DNA from: Microthyrium microscopicum
Lineage: Eukaryota
Reading direction: 5' to 3'
Length of the DNA: 64,000 nt
Assembly: GCA_010405405.1 (NCBI GenBank)
Contig: MU004230.1
Coordinates: 1,088,627 to 1,152,626, forward strand
Of this stretch, positions 1 to 15,102 are shown piece by piece. The number at the start of each line of letters is the position of its first letter. Positions within the stretch are counted from its first letter, which is position 1. The notes under the pieces were generated by a model. The model did not search any database. It was not told where the DNA came from and saw nothing but the letters and a program-made list of their open reading frames with translations. A program made the position numbers and the translations under genes.

Positions 1-389
1 GTACAAGTCCGGCACCAACAAGGATGAAGACGACGCCTGCCTTCAACGTCAAGGGCTGTTCAAAAACAAAGACAAATCAGCCAACTGGCCTAGCAAAAAG
101 CTTACGCACCTCTGAGCAGGGCCTGGCGCGGGGATATTTCGAGAATCTTTACCCCTAGCTTGTTCCGGGACCGTATTTGATCCATTGATCTGGGAGAGTA
201 TGCATGAGAGCTATTCGAGAATGGGCGCGAGCCATTCTTAGAGGGAGACCGAACGTGAAGGTGGTTGCGCGAAGACGATGAAAGCTGTTGAGCTCGAATG
301 AAGGGTTGAAGGATGGGGCGGCTGCGGTAGGGACAGGAGTTCTCAAATGACTGGAAAAGTCGAGATGTGCCACGTCTAGATACCGCCAT
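1..389 (-). CDS. SCO1: Mitochondrial copper chaperone SCO1/SenC family, N-terminal part (runs off window start)
   Basis: Arg/Ser-rich presequence-like exon 389-153 ending RSRNKLG, GT-AG intron 152-56, then PLTLKAGVVFILVGAGLV, resembling the pre-TM/TM segment of fungal Sco1; CxxxC domain lies outside the window. Confidence 0.6.
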
Positions 390-703
390 GTTGACAATGA
401 TCGGGAAGTATCAAGGAAGACGTGGGTCGTAAAAGCAGCACCGTGGTGGTTGAAGAGACGTGCTTGACGTTCAATGTTGCGCATCGTCAACTTTTTTGAG
501 CCGGCAACGCTGATTGGTCAACAGCCCGTCATCCATTTTGGCCATTGTTCATTACGATACCAACATTATTGGACGAAGCTATTGATCATTTATTTCTGAG
601 ATTGAATCACGACATGTAGAAGCACAGGATAATCGATAAATCTGGGCAAAATGACTAGTTCATGCCGTGAAATTGAATGAGCACGACCATATAATTATGT
701 TTA

Positions 704-1600
704 CTATTGCTTCATGTCTTTCAGAGCTCGACAGATACTCTCAATCCGATCTGAACATTCTAGTATAGCTTTCTCTATCCGTCGCTTTTCATCAATATCC
801 GCATTCTGGGGCATCCGCACTGTCACTTTGTCCAAGTCACCCGACGACCTAAGGAGCAATTTGACCAGCGTACCGTCTCGTAGTTCCAATTCAATATTGC
901 TAGCTCCAGGGTCGTAAGCCTTCACGTCCTTGACGCAATATCGACCATGGGCTCCAAAAGCATAACTTTGTTTCAGTGCTTCGATCTTGTCCGATCGGGT
1001 AGTGAGCCCAACCAACTCTTTGCGCACACCTTTCGCGAATGCATGAAGGTCTTGAGAGTGACCAGGAAGCGATGCTGCACTCTCGTCTTCGTCTTTGGTA
1101 GGCATATGCTTACGCAGTATCGGTCGGAGTGATATGCATGCGGGGATAGTGTGCTGATGAAGCTTTAAGACTCCGTCTTCGAACTGACGAAAAAGAAGGT
1201 AGTAAGGTGGTACAAAGCTATTTTGACCAGTGGAATATAAATCCAATCGAACCCCCAGTATTTTACCATTATTGACTGCATTGGGGTCGGGATCTTTAAC
1301 GCGAAATGCTGTGATGCCTGCTGTGATGCGAGCGTTGTTTGCGGCAATAGCAGAGGAGGTTTCCGAGAGTGTTGCTAACGCTCGATCGATGCCTGGAGGC
1401 TTTTGTGCACTATCATATGATTGGAGTGCAAGTTTTGTTCGTCTTGAACCGATCAGACTTGTAGACAATAAGGATTTTCTGTGTCGCAAAGCTTCGACTA
1501 GGAGGGGTTAGCGAGACGATACGCGTAGGAGGATGAATAAGACGAGCAACTCACTCTGCGCTCGTACTTGCGCAATTTCAGTATCGATCGCTGAATTCAT
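704..1600 (-). CDS. Kinetochore protein CENP-O/Mcm21 family
   Basis: ATG 1600, short exon, GTGAGT intron, then 261-aa ORF with TAFRVKDPDP..GKILGVRLD..PYYLLF..LHQHTIP, typical of fungal CENP-O. Confidence 0.75.
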
Positions 1601-2014
1601 TTTGGAATCCAAGCAGTTGATCTAGGAGGTTTGATCACGGCACTTCCTATGATTATGGAAATTGTCCCTTGACGCGTGTTTGGCGTTGCGTTGAGACTCG
1701 ATTGCAAGTCAACAAGATGCGCGCGATTTTGCACGTGCGCAGGCGGGACGGCAAGTCGGCCCGACCCTAGCGCAGCCTAAAAGAGTTAGCCGCTCGAGAA
1801 CTTCCATCTTTGATCTTCCTGAAATCGATACACGGAGAACAATTTAGACGCACATGACGAGCCTGTGAACAGTTATCATTCTATCCTTTCATTATCAGAA
1901 GCAAGAAAGCCATGCTATCTACGTGTACTACTCTATCACTTTCTGTCGCAATTCTCTATGGGTTATGCTCCAATGGAATCCTTGATTCTGGCCCCTGACT
2001 TGCTGATCCGATCT

Positions 2015-4068
<2,054 letters not shown>

Positions 4069-5800
4069 TGTGATGCGTGGTTGAAATCTCAAGTTACAAA
4101 CGACGTCAGTGGTGGGATGTTGTCCTGCAAGGCTGAGGTGGAATAAGCAAAGGAAAAGAGAAGTTCTTCAGGAAGGCAAGTTGTCGAGAATTATATGGGG
4201 ATTCCAGTTACTTGTAGTTTTGAATTTTCGTAGTGACCGGGATAAAGGTTCTGTTGGCGTTTTGGGAGGGAAAAGTAGCCGTGAACCTTGAAGGTCCATT
4301 GTTGTTTGAATTGCGTGACGAGGCTATTGCGTGCTTGTTCCGCCCTCAACTCAAAATAGCACCTAAGCTTTTCCAATTTTCTTTACTACATCGCCACCTC
4401 ATCAATTTTTTACTGGCTCCTAACAATATAACCGGACTCTAAAGCCAGGTACCAATCTGTACATCTACTTTGGTGGTAAATTATACACGGCGGTGACAAG
4501 TATATGCCATATCAACCAGAGAATTGTAAGAAAAGATACAGGTACATTGCACGCTTTTATCAATTGAGATATTGATTATCACACCAGGTGCTCAAAATAC
4601 ATATATTTTCTTGCTCACCCTACGCACTTCACATTGTCAAGACCTGGTTCTCTTAGATTGGCTATACTACTTAAGAAACTGGCCAGCAATAGAGCATGTT
4701 AATGAAATGTTCGACTTACAACGGCCAATTTGAATGCAACAAATCTTTGGTATCAAAATGGCCAAGAGTGACCTGGAATCTCGTTTCATGGCATAGGTAC
4801 TAACGGTCCTTGTTTGCGTTTCAGTCAAAACAGTCCAAGAGTTCGAAGAAATGAGAACGTGCATCGTCACTGGACGAGAAGCGTTTGGAACATCGTGCTT
4901 TACACTGCTGGATCTCGATTGCTTCCAGCAGAAATTTGCCCAATGGATAGGCAAGTGCTTGCAAACTATAGAAAGTCACTAAGCAAGAGCACATCAACTT
5001 GAAGTAGTTTCTACCATGCTAAAGAAATTACAGCACGTAAGCACTTGATATGTCCGTAATTGAGCCAGTTGCGAACTGGTATATGTAGGTATTCAGGTTC
5101 TTAGCCGTCACGCTCTTGCTGCGCTACAGAAGCTTCTTTGTTGCGGCCCGGCCTCAAGTATTGTCGTAAAGATATGATACTCGAGGCAGCATACTCCGCT
5201 GAGTCCAGGAGAAGAAAACAAAACTTTAGTATTCGAAGAAGCAGGGCTCAAGAGTCTTGATAGTATTCTTGTTAAAGTATCGGTACTATAATGCTAGTCG
5301 TTTTGGGAAATCCTGAGCATCGTGGAGTTAACTTGGATACGGAGACTTGATCAAAGAAACTTGTCCCTTGTACGACAACACCATACCTCGTCCGTTGTTT
5401 CTTCTCAAGCCATTCGGGCCTTCTATCCATTGTTTGAGAATGGAAGAGCTGCACTTACCAAAGACGGTGGCAGTGCCTATACACCGATGCAGTATTCACC
5501 TGCTACGGTTAGACTTTAGACGCATACATGGCTTCCTCAAGTCATTCAACTGGGCGAACGCTCGCCATACATCTTAGTTTACATCCGCCTTGACGAACCT
5601 TTCTCTTCTTCCTCCCAACATCGCCATCTACCTAAGTACCTTTACGTACTGCATCGGCATCCTGAAAGCTTTTTAGCTCAGATTCCCTATCTGACCTGTT
5701 ACACACACACTCGTTTGTTTGCTTTCATTAGGCATTTCATCCGAGATCGTCCTAGATTAACCCATCATACTTGTCTGAAAGTCTTTCCACCACATCTACG

Positions 5801-7101
5801 ATGAATGTTAATCCACCAGCGGCGACGCCAGTCGTCCTACCATTTACTCACCCACGAGCCACTGATCCAGTCAATCCAGCTCCACGACGTCTTCCAGGCG
5901 TGAAATGGATGGGAGATACTTCGAGAAACCACACCGTTGCCATGATCGGAGAGTTTACAGGAACCTTCCTCTTCCTATTCATGGCATTCACTGGAACACA
6001 AGTGGCAAACACATATGCCGCTAATAGCAACGTCCACGGCCCAAATCCTAGTGTACTACTTTACATTTCTTTGAGTTTTGGCTTTTCTCTTGCGGTGAAT
6101 GCTTGGGTGTTCTTTCGAATTTCAGGAGGTCTTTTCAATCCAGCTGTTAGTGATCTGATTGACTTTTGATGACATAGTCACTCACGTTTATAGGTCACGT
6201 TTGGTCTCTGTCTCATTGGGGCTGTTGGATGGCTTCGGGGTTTACTTGTTGCAATTGCACAAATAGTCGGAGCGATCGCAGCAGCGGCTGTCGTCTCGGG
6301 TCTCTTTCCTGGTCCCCTTTTAGTGGAAACGAGAGTCGCCGCAGGGACCAGTCTCCAGAGAGCCGTCTTCATCGAAATGTTCTTGACAGCACAGCTAATC
6401 CTCACAATGTATGCAATTCCGTCGTGTTTACATGTGATACTGATGAAGTTGTAGTTTCATGCTTGCGGCAGAAAAACATCGCGGAACCTTTCTTGCTCCG
6501 GTCGGAATTGGCCTCGCTCTTTTCATTGCGGAACTGGCTGGTAAGCTCGAGCTCGATATTCCATAGCCCATCTTCTGACATTTTGTAGGCGTGTATTGGA
6601 CTGGCGGATCGCTCAACCCTGCTCGTTCATTTGGACCCGAAGTTGCTATTGGTAATTTCAAATCCGATCACTGGGTTTATTGGGTTGGTCCAATGCTCGG
6701 TGCTCTTATAGCAGTGATTTTCTATCGCCTCATCAAAATCTTGGAATACGAAACTGCCAATCCAGGCCAAGATTATGATGGAAGATCCACTCGTACTGCA
6801 GATGCAGGTCAGTCTTTCGATTCCCATGTCTCGTGAAGATCTTGCAACTGATTATCTCGTAGGAGTAGATGGCCACTCTGATGGCACATATCCCACCAGT
6901 CGAGGCGGACCTCATCGACAGCCATCTAGCGAGATAAGCTCCAGAGCATTCCCCATGCCAGCAAAAGCCCAGCTACCCATGAAAAACAGCCACGCTATCT
7001 CAACGAGTCCTACTAGTGAGTTTGGTCGAAGTGGTCGAACGGTCCACCCTGGCCTTGACACATTCTCACGAAGCAACGATGTCGAAAAAGCTCAGGTCTG
7101 A
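5801..7101 (+). CDS. Aquaporin (MIP family), about 5 exons
   Basis: [19 protein letters not shown] and [12 protein letters not shown] (both NPA boxes), HWVYWVGP; introns near 6146-6192, 6408-6454, 6541-6588, 6808-6862. Confidence 0.93.
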
Positions 7102-7290
7102 AGTTCCAACACAGCAATCCAGATGTTATCCTCAGCATGTTAACCAAGATTATATTTACTTTCACCACACCTAAGAGCGGAATATGGCACTGGCTGCCAT
7201 CGGACACAGAATTAGAGGTTTGGAGTTGAGCTCGGAACCATTCTTAGTCTTGTTGTAGTCCGCATCGCATTCTCGTCAAGGACAGCAGAT

Positions 7291-7947
7291 TTATATTGTC
7301 GGTAGAATTGATGCATCAGATTTCTCCAATCGCTTGATGGCTTTTCGTGATCGTCCAATGTCAATTTCTAGTTGACGCATTTGTGTACTAATGTTCAGGA
7401 TTTGGGGAACTGATTCGCCCACGGCAGTAACAAATTGGGCTTGTGTGTCTTTCAAAGCATTAGGAACAATCATGCCGAACCATCGAATTGGATCATTGGG
7501 TTTGTCGTCAGCTTGTTGCGACGATTCTGCTTCCGTACTGGATATGGTCTTGTCTGGAGTGGCCTCGGATATCTTAGACGCTAAAACTGAGTATTTCAGG
7601 ACATCTTTATTCAAAGAATCCACCTTGCTAGAGACTGGTTAGTAAAAATCACATAGAATGGATGGACAGGAACTTGCACAAGTTTAGTGGCTTGCATTCT
7701 GTAGTCATAGTCATCCTGCCCAAACCGCTTCCCGCCCTGAGCGGAACTGTTCGCTCTTGCTAAGGAAATAAAGCCCTATAGTCTATTAGAGATATTCGGA
7801 TAATCAGGACACCAGAAGAATGACCAGTGAAAGTGATTTGTGGAGCGTCTCTCGAGCCTTTTGATGTTCATCGAGGAGGTAGAGGTATTGTTCTAATAAA
7901 GCATCCAGTGCTGTGATATGTTGCTCTAGCTCCGGTGAGGATGACAT
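7291..7947 (-). CDS. V-ATPase assembly factor Vma22/CCDC115 family; 3 exons
   Basis: MSSSPELEQHITALDALLEQYLYLLDEHQ..., GFISLARAN...FGQDDYDYRMQA, and C-terminal DPIRWFGMIVPNALKDTQAQF signature. Confidence 0.8.
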
Positions 7948-8183
7948 GATGATAGCGTCCACGTAAGAACCATAAGAAAGGACTTGCCCTTTGGAACTTT
8001 GGAACTTTGGATGCTGCTGAAGAAGCCTGGAAGTTGTCGTTCAAAGTCAAAAGGTCTGTGCGCAAGCTCCCTTTCCATTGACCTCCAGTCTGGTGTTGAA
8101 CCAAGTTCTTCCTGTCACTCTCCAAGGTTAAGTAAACTCGCATCTACGCTATCGCCGACACCAGGGGCTCATGAGATATCTCG

Positions 8184-9097
8184 ATGGCCACGATATGTAG
8201 CGCATGTCTCAAGAGATCTTCCCGACTCCTGCGCCTCGTAGATGACGCACATCGTCTGGCACCATCAAACTATCGAGCCTTCTCGATCCTTAGCCGCCCA
8301 GCACCAACATACGAAGGCCATGTTCCGCTGACATCGATCGAGCGTACTGCACTAGCAGTAGGCTCTGGTGTGATGGCCTATTTCAACCCACGAAGAGCTG
8401 GTCAGTCACATTGAGGTGTACATTTGCTATTCGCTCATCGACATTAGACCTCATTGCTCTCTTCGGCGAGACGACTGCGCAGCCGTTCTTCATCAATAGG
8501 CTTCGCAATGCAATGTTGAAGTCTCCCACAGGTCGACGAATACTCCGAGACCGGCCGCGTATAACTTCCACCAGCCTATCGCTCCCATACTTAGCCTCCC
8601 TCCCCACGAATACCGTTGGTCACACATACTACGAGTGGCTAGAACGAGAGAAGGTTTCACCGGATACACGTTCCGCGGTTCGATACATTGACGATGAAGA
8701 ATGTGCATATGTCATGCAACGATACCGTGAATCTCACGACTTTTACCACGCGTTGACTGGACTACCTACAGTGCGTGAAGGAGAAGTGGCATTGAAATGC
8801 TTCGAATTTGCAAACACAGGACTTCCCATGACAGGATTGAGCGTTTTCAATGTCTTTACTCTCAAGGCACAAGAAAGGGAGCGCTTTTGGGGAACATATG
8901 GTCCGTGGGCTGTCCGGAATGGCGCATGTTCTGACGACGTGATCAATGTGTACTGGGAGGAAGAAATGGAAACGGATGTTGATGAGCTCAGGACACGACT
9001 AGGAATTGAGAAGCCTCCGGATCTGCGGGATATTAGGAAGCAAGAGAGAGAAAAGCGGAAGGCTATGCAAAACTCTGCGCCCGCAACGGCTGCCTAG
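8184..9097 (+). CDS. COQ4: Ubiquinone biosynthesis protein Coq4, mitochondrial; one intron (~8401-8448)
   Basis: [43 protein letters not shown] (HDxxH..E metal motif). Confidence 0.95.
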
Positions 9098-9224
9098 GTA
9101 TAATGAAACAACAGAATGATACCAAGTCTGCGCCTGCTAGTGGTGAATGAAGTGGCAGATCGAGGAATGGATATCGATGATGAGGAAAACCAGCGCCGGT
9201 ATCGTACAGCCGTACTCCCAAGGC

Positions 9225-9761
9225 TCAATCATCAAGTAGCGCTTCTAAATCATCGTCGTCATCCCAACTTCCACCACCACGCCTCACAACTTCAATCTTC
9301 CCGCCCTTCTGTTTTTCTTCACTCTCAGCAACCTTCTCCAAGAAGCCCTTGAGCTCGGTTTCTGTGACTTTTTGTCTGATCTGGCCGGATCGTGCTAGGG
9401 AGATGAGGCGGGCCTCGACATCGTTCGCGCGTGAGGCTTTGACAAGGCGGATGCGACCAAGACGGTCGGCGGCGTCGGGAGTCAGAATTTGGTTGAGGAT
9501 GTTTTGACGTGCTGCGGCTTCAGCATCCCTATATAACAACCTTGGTTAGATTGCGGAGGTCTTAAAGAGGTGCAAAAGGTATTCAGAATTACTGTTTTTG
9601 CTCCTGCTCGGAAGAGTCATCGTTTGCGCCTGATTGCTGTTTGAGTTGGGCAAGGCGTGCTTGACGAATCTAGAGTAATCGAAAGGTCTGGTTAGTTGGC
9701 TGCAGGACCCGACACATGCGAGAGTTGAAAGACATGCCTCTTCTAGATCGGCGTCCGCCAT
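9225..9761 (-). CDS. PDCD5/TFAR19 family DNA-binding protein; multi-exon
   Basis: MADADLEE start; ILNQILTPDAADRLGRIRLVK..RA..VE..LI.LARSGQI...VTE..L; acidic DDDDD tail. Confidence 0.88.
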
Positions 9762-10659
9762 AATGCGTAGTGATCTCTTCTAGACTGGCAGTACTATTTG
9801 AAGAGTTTGGTAAGATTTCAGAAGTTGTTGGGTGAACCGGAAGCGCAGGCGACAATAGTAGAGGAATTTACGGTTTACCCCAGTCCAGAATTGTAGCGGG
9901 GCAAAGAGCTTTGGTGGATTTCGAGGTTCAATATACCAACTTAAGCCTCGATTGAAAATAATAGAAGGTGAATATGCCTAGTATGTTCTTACTAGTAGTT
10001 ATTGTACGCTGTCGGATCCACTCAAAGTAGTCTTGTCTTCATTTAACCGATCGTGTTGGTAAATGTTCGAAGATCGATTGTGAGTCGTGACTTATATGTC
10101 CAACATGCACCACCATACCTAGGAGAATTGATCATAGCACTTGATTATAGAATGAGCCTGATATTGACTGTCCTACCCTACTGACTACTTCTTTTTATAG
10201 TAGTAAGTACCAATTGTAAATTCGAAGTCAATATCAAAGGTTCAGTTGATCAGGCCAGGGTTGGCGGCGACAATGTTCAAGGTTGATGTTGAGCCGGGAT
10301 GGTGATCCTCTGATCCCTGCAAACGAGACGACTCCCTTCAACTCATTGCTCTCTGAGTCTCTATCCCAAAACGGTAATGTCTTGGCATGCGCTCTCCTTT
10401 CTGCCCCAACTCCCAACAGATTCCAACCCTCAAACTGCACTCTTCACTTTCCACAATTGCGATTCCTTGCCCAACCTATCTACAATCTAGCATCTTCCCT
10501 CGAATCCTCCCCGTCGAGACATATATCGTATTCGCTTGAACTTCTGTCGTCAATCAACTTAACGTATTACCGGAGAGACAGCAGCATTTTATATTGGCGT
10601 CCCGCGTCAACACCATACACTGCCATGGTTACGCGGCAGCACTCTCTTCAATACCAGTC

Positions 10660-12570
10660 ATGAATCGCCTTCCGCAGCTGCATCTTTCTGCCTGGCCATC
10701 TCTAAAGCAATATCCCGCGACCTCGTTTGTCTTTCGCTTTCTCTCTATACCCAATATCCTCATACTATTATGGCTTTATGTTGTTTACTGGAGCGAGCGC
10801 ACTGTCTTCACGAAAAGTATACAAGAATGCCAATGGGATCAGTGGGAAACATTTGTCAGTTCTCATATTTGACAAGCCTCCATTCCTCCTGTATACTAAC
10901 GTGTATAGCCCGCCGAGTCATCACCCCATCATGTGGCATTTATTGCAGACCCTCAAATCGTGGATCCTCATACTTATCCGGGCCGACCATGGCCATTGTC
11001 TACGTTGACGGTCATGTATACCGACTCTTACCTACGCCGGACCTATAGCCTTATACAACAGCAACTCTATCCCGACACTACTGTTTTTCTGGGCGACTTG
11101 TTTGACGGTGGAAGAGAGTGGTCAACTTCTCATAGCTCCAGCCCTGAGAAACGATACAAAAAGTACGGCGAAAAGTTTTGGCACAAGGAATACGTGAGAT
11201 TTGCTGGCATGTTCTTCAAGACATGGTTGAATGCTGGTGTAATAGGTCGGGAAGGGCAACCCAGCAGACGACAAATACTCTCGAATCTCCCCGGAAATCA
11301 TGATCTGGGATTCGCTTCTGGAATTCAAGAGCCAGTTCGCAACCGGTTTAATGCCTATTTTGGAGACGGCAATTCGATAGATGTGATTGGTAACCATACT
11401 TTCGTATCCATCGATACCGTATCACTAAGCGCAAAGGAAGATGCTGGCGCAGAAGAGACTCTTTGGGAACCTGCGCAGAGCTTTTTGGACGGGTTTTCGG
11501 GCTCACTGGATCGAGTGCTGGGAACACATATGGCATTGCAACTACAAAAACACCGCGGGCCCGTCTATGATCACAAAGTGGTTGATACCGATGACTTGGA
11601 ATCGGACCAAATACCAGATAACTCTTTCAAAACAAATGCCTCTTTTCCAATGGTTCTTTTGACACATGTACCTCTTTACCGGGAACCTGGAACACCATGT
11701 GGACCAATGCGAGAAAGATGGCCACAATCCAAGGACGCCAGCGGCAAATTACTTGACGTCGATGACCGGAATGCAATCGTGGTACATCGAGGGTATCAAT
11801 ATCAAAATGTGCTTTCAGAAGACCTTTCCAAAGAAATTGCGTCTAAACTAGAGAATGTCAGCCATGCATTTTCCGGAGATGATCACGACTACTGCGAGCT
11901 TGTTCATCGTAGATATCCCTCAGCTGGAAGTGGCATCCGAGAGATCACAGTCAAGTCAATATCCTGGGCTATGGGAGTGAGAAAACCAGGATTCCAGCTA
12001 TTGAGTCTTTGGAATCCCATCAACGAGGAAGGGGCATCAATCAAGCAAGGTGGTGAAACTGAAGGCACTTTACAGACAAAGCTCTGTCTTCTCCCAGATC
12101 AACTAGGCCTCTTCATTTTATATGCCAAAGTTCTTGCATTTTCTCTGATCGTCCTAGCGACGAGAGCAATGTATCTCATGTTACACCCTGAGCTATCCAC
12201 TCTGGGACTGTCTTCAGAACCTCTTCTGCCTCTTGCACGGTCCGCTTCACAGTCCGAAATTGAACGAGCTGCTAGTTCCAGTTCCGATGATGGTTCTGGT
12301 GCATTAACGACAAGGTCGCGACTCTCAGTCAAGCAAGAAGGTGTGAAGTCGAGAGGCGCCAGTCCCAAACCATCTTCTGGATACGGTCTTCCCGCCGATC
12401 AGTACATTCCTCTTTCTTCGAAACAGGCACCATCGAATATTGGCACTAATACTATTCCACAAAGTCGGTTCAGAGGTCGCCAAATGTTTGTTCAAGAGTT
12501 TCGGTGGAGTTTATTCAAGGTAGCTCTTGTCGTCTTGCCCTGGTACAGCTGGCTGTTGTATCGTGGATAG
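10660..12570 (+). CDS. CDC1: Cdc1/Ted1-like Mn-dependent metallophosphoesterase (GPI remodelling); one intron (~10856-10908)
   Basis: ADPQIVD, GDLFDGG, PGNHD, THVPLYR, SGDDHDYC calcineurin-like motifs; N- and C-terminal TM segments. Confidence 0.88.
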
Positions 12571-12813
12571 AAGTACAGTTTGGTTGAGTTATTTATCAGC
12601 ATTTGTGGCGTACGGCTTTTGGATTGCATTTGGGCGGTGCTTGACATCACATGAATGCATAAGCGCATGTACTATTATCACTGTAATTGACGGAGATGTT
12701 ACCTCTAGGAGTACACCAATACAGCATTTGGCCAGTGGTATCTACCGTCTTAAGACGTACGTCAGACATTCTCAAGCCTTTCATCTCTAGAGTCATGACA
12801 CTGGATTAAATCA

Positions 12814-13527
12814 TCAACATGGGTCCGTTGTGGTCCTTGAAATCATGAGCAATCCTATAACCATGCCATACATTCCTTCGCAAGTCAGCCAAACCGTCGA
12901 GAACGCTTCATCTTAGGTACTCACCCAGAACTTCAGAGAAGATCTGCATCAACATCATTCCAATAAACAGCCTTGGCTGCTGTGTACATCCTCTGACACC
13001 TGCATCTCCAGTAATACCAATAGTGAATCCAGCGGCCAGAGACGAGATCCCGACTGACAGGCCAGCTCCAAGGTGTATAAATGCGTTGAACATGTGTGTT
13101 TCAGGCTTCATGGAGTTGGCAATCATGACGGAAACGACAAGCCCGTAGATGGCTAGAACGGCTGCCATTACTATTGGGATGCAATCTGTCTTTCTTCAGT
13201 AATGCGTACTTTATCTGTATGGTGATGAGCCCACTCTGTATCACTAGATTCGGTCGTATAACACCCGAGGCAGCGATGCCAATGCCTGATTTCGCAGTGC
13301 CATAGGCGGCTCCGAGACATGCGAAGATGATTGCACAGGCACAGCCTAGACAGCTAAAGAATGGCTGTATGCTGTTAGCAACACGATTTATTGAGCAAAG
13401 TATATGTTTCTCTCCACCAGTGGCGATGACTACACATACTGCATATATAGGACTGTTTGGTATATTCGTTAGCTGATACTCAAGCAAGAAGAACCAATGG
13501 ATAATACCAAACATCAGATGGATACAT
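12814..13527 (-). CDS. V-ATPase V0 proteolipid subunit c (Vma3/Vma11 family), divergent; 5 exons
   Basis: Spliced product MYPSDVCPIYAPFF...[11 protein letters not shown]...IYGLVVSV...GDAGVRG.QQPRLF...IFSEVLGMYG...DPC; proton-carrying Glu retained. Confidence 0.9.
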
Positions 13528-14748
13528 GACTGCGTATCTCCAGGCCAGGCCAACACACGGACAGGAAGCGAGACCAACGTATGCGTTTTCAAGTTGAGCA
13601 GTATCTTAAATAATCTTGAAAATCAACGCATTTCTCCTCAAATGCCTCCCAAAGTTAAGTAATTCTGCTGCCTGATATGCGCCTTGTAAGAGCGAAATCC
13701 GAGCCAAGAATGGTCCTTAAAATATCTCAGCGATTCAGAGACTGCGATAACATTGAGCCAGGTCGCTGCCTAAAAGCTAAGTACTTCTCTATGAAATTTT
13801 ACACGAGCGATACTTGGTTGGATAGGCACTTCCGTCTTCTGCGTGGCAAGGCTGAAGCCTTGTGGAACGGCCCACAATACAAGGTAACGTTCAGCTAGAG
13901 CGATATTCTCTAAGCTATAGTGACATCCTTTTGACTAGAGTATTTCTGTAGGAAGCCAGACTTACTCAGCACTATATTTAACTGTTGAATAGCATTAATA
14001 CCAAATAAACTATTCAAACAACTTGCTTGACATGAGGAAGCACAGTGCTTTAGGATTTTTTATGTGAATAAACTGACAACCTGAATATGACTCTCTACGT
14101 TTTGGCAGGATCACCAAGTCCAGTACAAGAATATTTCATACTTTGTGTACATTTCAAATTTATAGCCTACGGAACAGTCTCACAGGTCTCAGAAATTGAC
14201 CAGCCGGATGAGGCGAGGTTGGATCTGCAGGTCCCACAGCCGGAAACAGACCCCACCACAACAGCGATATTGCACAAAGCCGATGTTGAATAGTGTTGGT
14301 CGTTTTATTTGGTAGAGTGGTGTCGCCTGGAATAAAGCTTCCAATTGTTCCACTGGTGGAATATTGTATGATACTCTTGCTGTGGTGGAAAGACAGCAAT
14401 CGATAGATTCAAACCATCAATGTGCCCATGATACGAGCAATGTAAGATAATAAGGAAGCATGCCACAGCAGACAATCAAAACAAAGAAAATTCTCATTGA
14501 AAAATTGTATGGTGAGAAAAAAACTCAAAGCCCCACCTGGCCACTTCAACGGTTCAACCCAAGGGCAATCTGAAAATTTGGGGCAGATTGGCAGAGGTCC
14601 TTGCAAAATCACGGCACGTCACTCGTCACGCAACGACAAACCTTTCCACCAGCAATTTTTTCTTGCTCTTCTCTACTAATTCCGCCATCTCCCATCATTC
14701 AATTACCTCCCTTCCCATCAGTGGTTTTCCCAACGAGTCGCCGCTCTC

Positions 14749-15024
14749 ATGACAAGAGCACCAACAATCTTCACTTCCCAGGTAAGCCAGACGTCCTCCC
14801 ACCGCTCTTTTGACATGAATTCATTGGCAAACCCCGCCAAAACCCTTATCTCACTATCCGTTTTCACCCTTATTCATGCTCGCCGCTGTTAGCTTCGTTA
14901 GAAGTTCAATTGACTGACTGTATTATGTAGGACTACATCTCTGGTTGGTCTTTTCCCGCTTTGTCGGTGACTCTGAATACTAACTTCATTCTTTGACCAC
15001 GTCTGGAAGGCCTCAGTAAACTAA
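14749..15024 (+). CDS. Arginine attenuator peptide (AAP) uORF of CPA1/arg-2; exons 14749-14781, 14931-14943, 14996-15024
   Basis: Joined exons give 24-aa MTRAPTIFTSQDYISDHVWKASVN, collinear with Neurospora AAP MNGRPSVFTSQDYLSDHLWRALNA (D12, D16, W19 kept); lies directly upstream of the CPA1 ATG; second intron ends in TG. Confidence 0.92.
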
Positions 15025-15102
15025 AACACCCCACAACAACCCGATCCCGCTTACTACTACAATAAATCAATTGACGATACAACAAATCGATTGAACATCA
15101 AG

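Noticed and set aside
4440..5600. Short ORFs between MET3 and the aquaporin
   Set aside because: No family resemblance or codon bias; consistent with divergent promoter DNA
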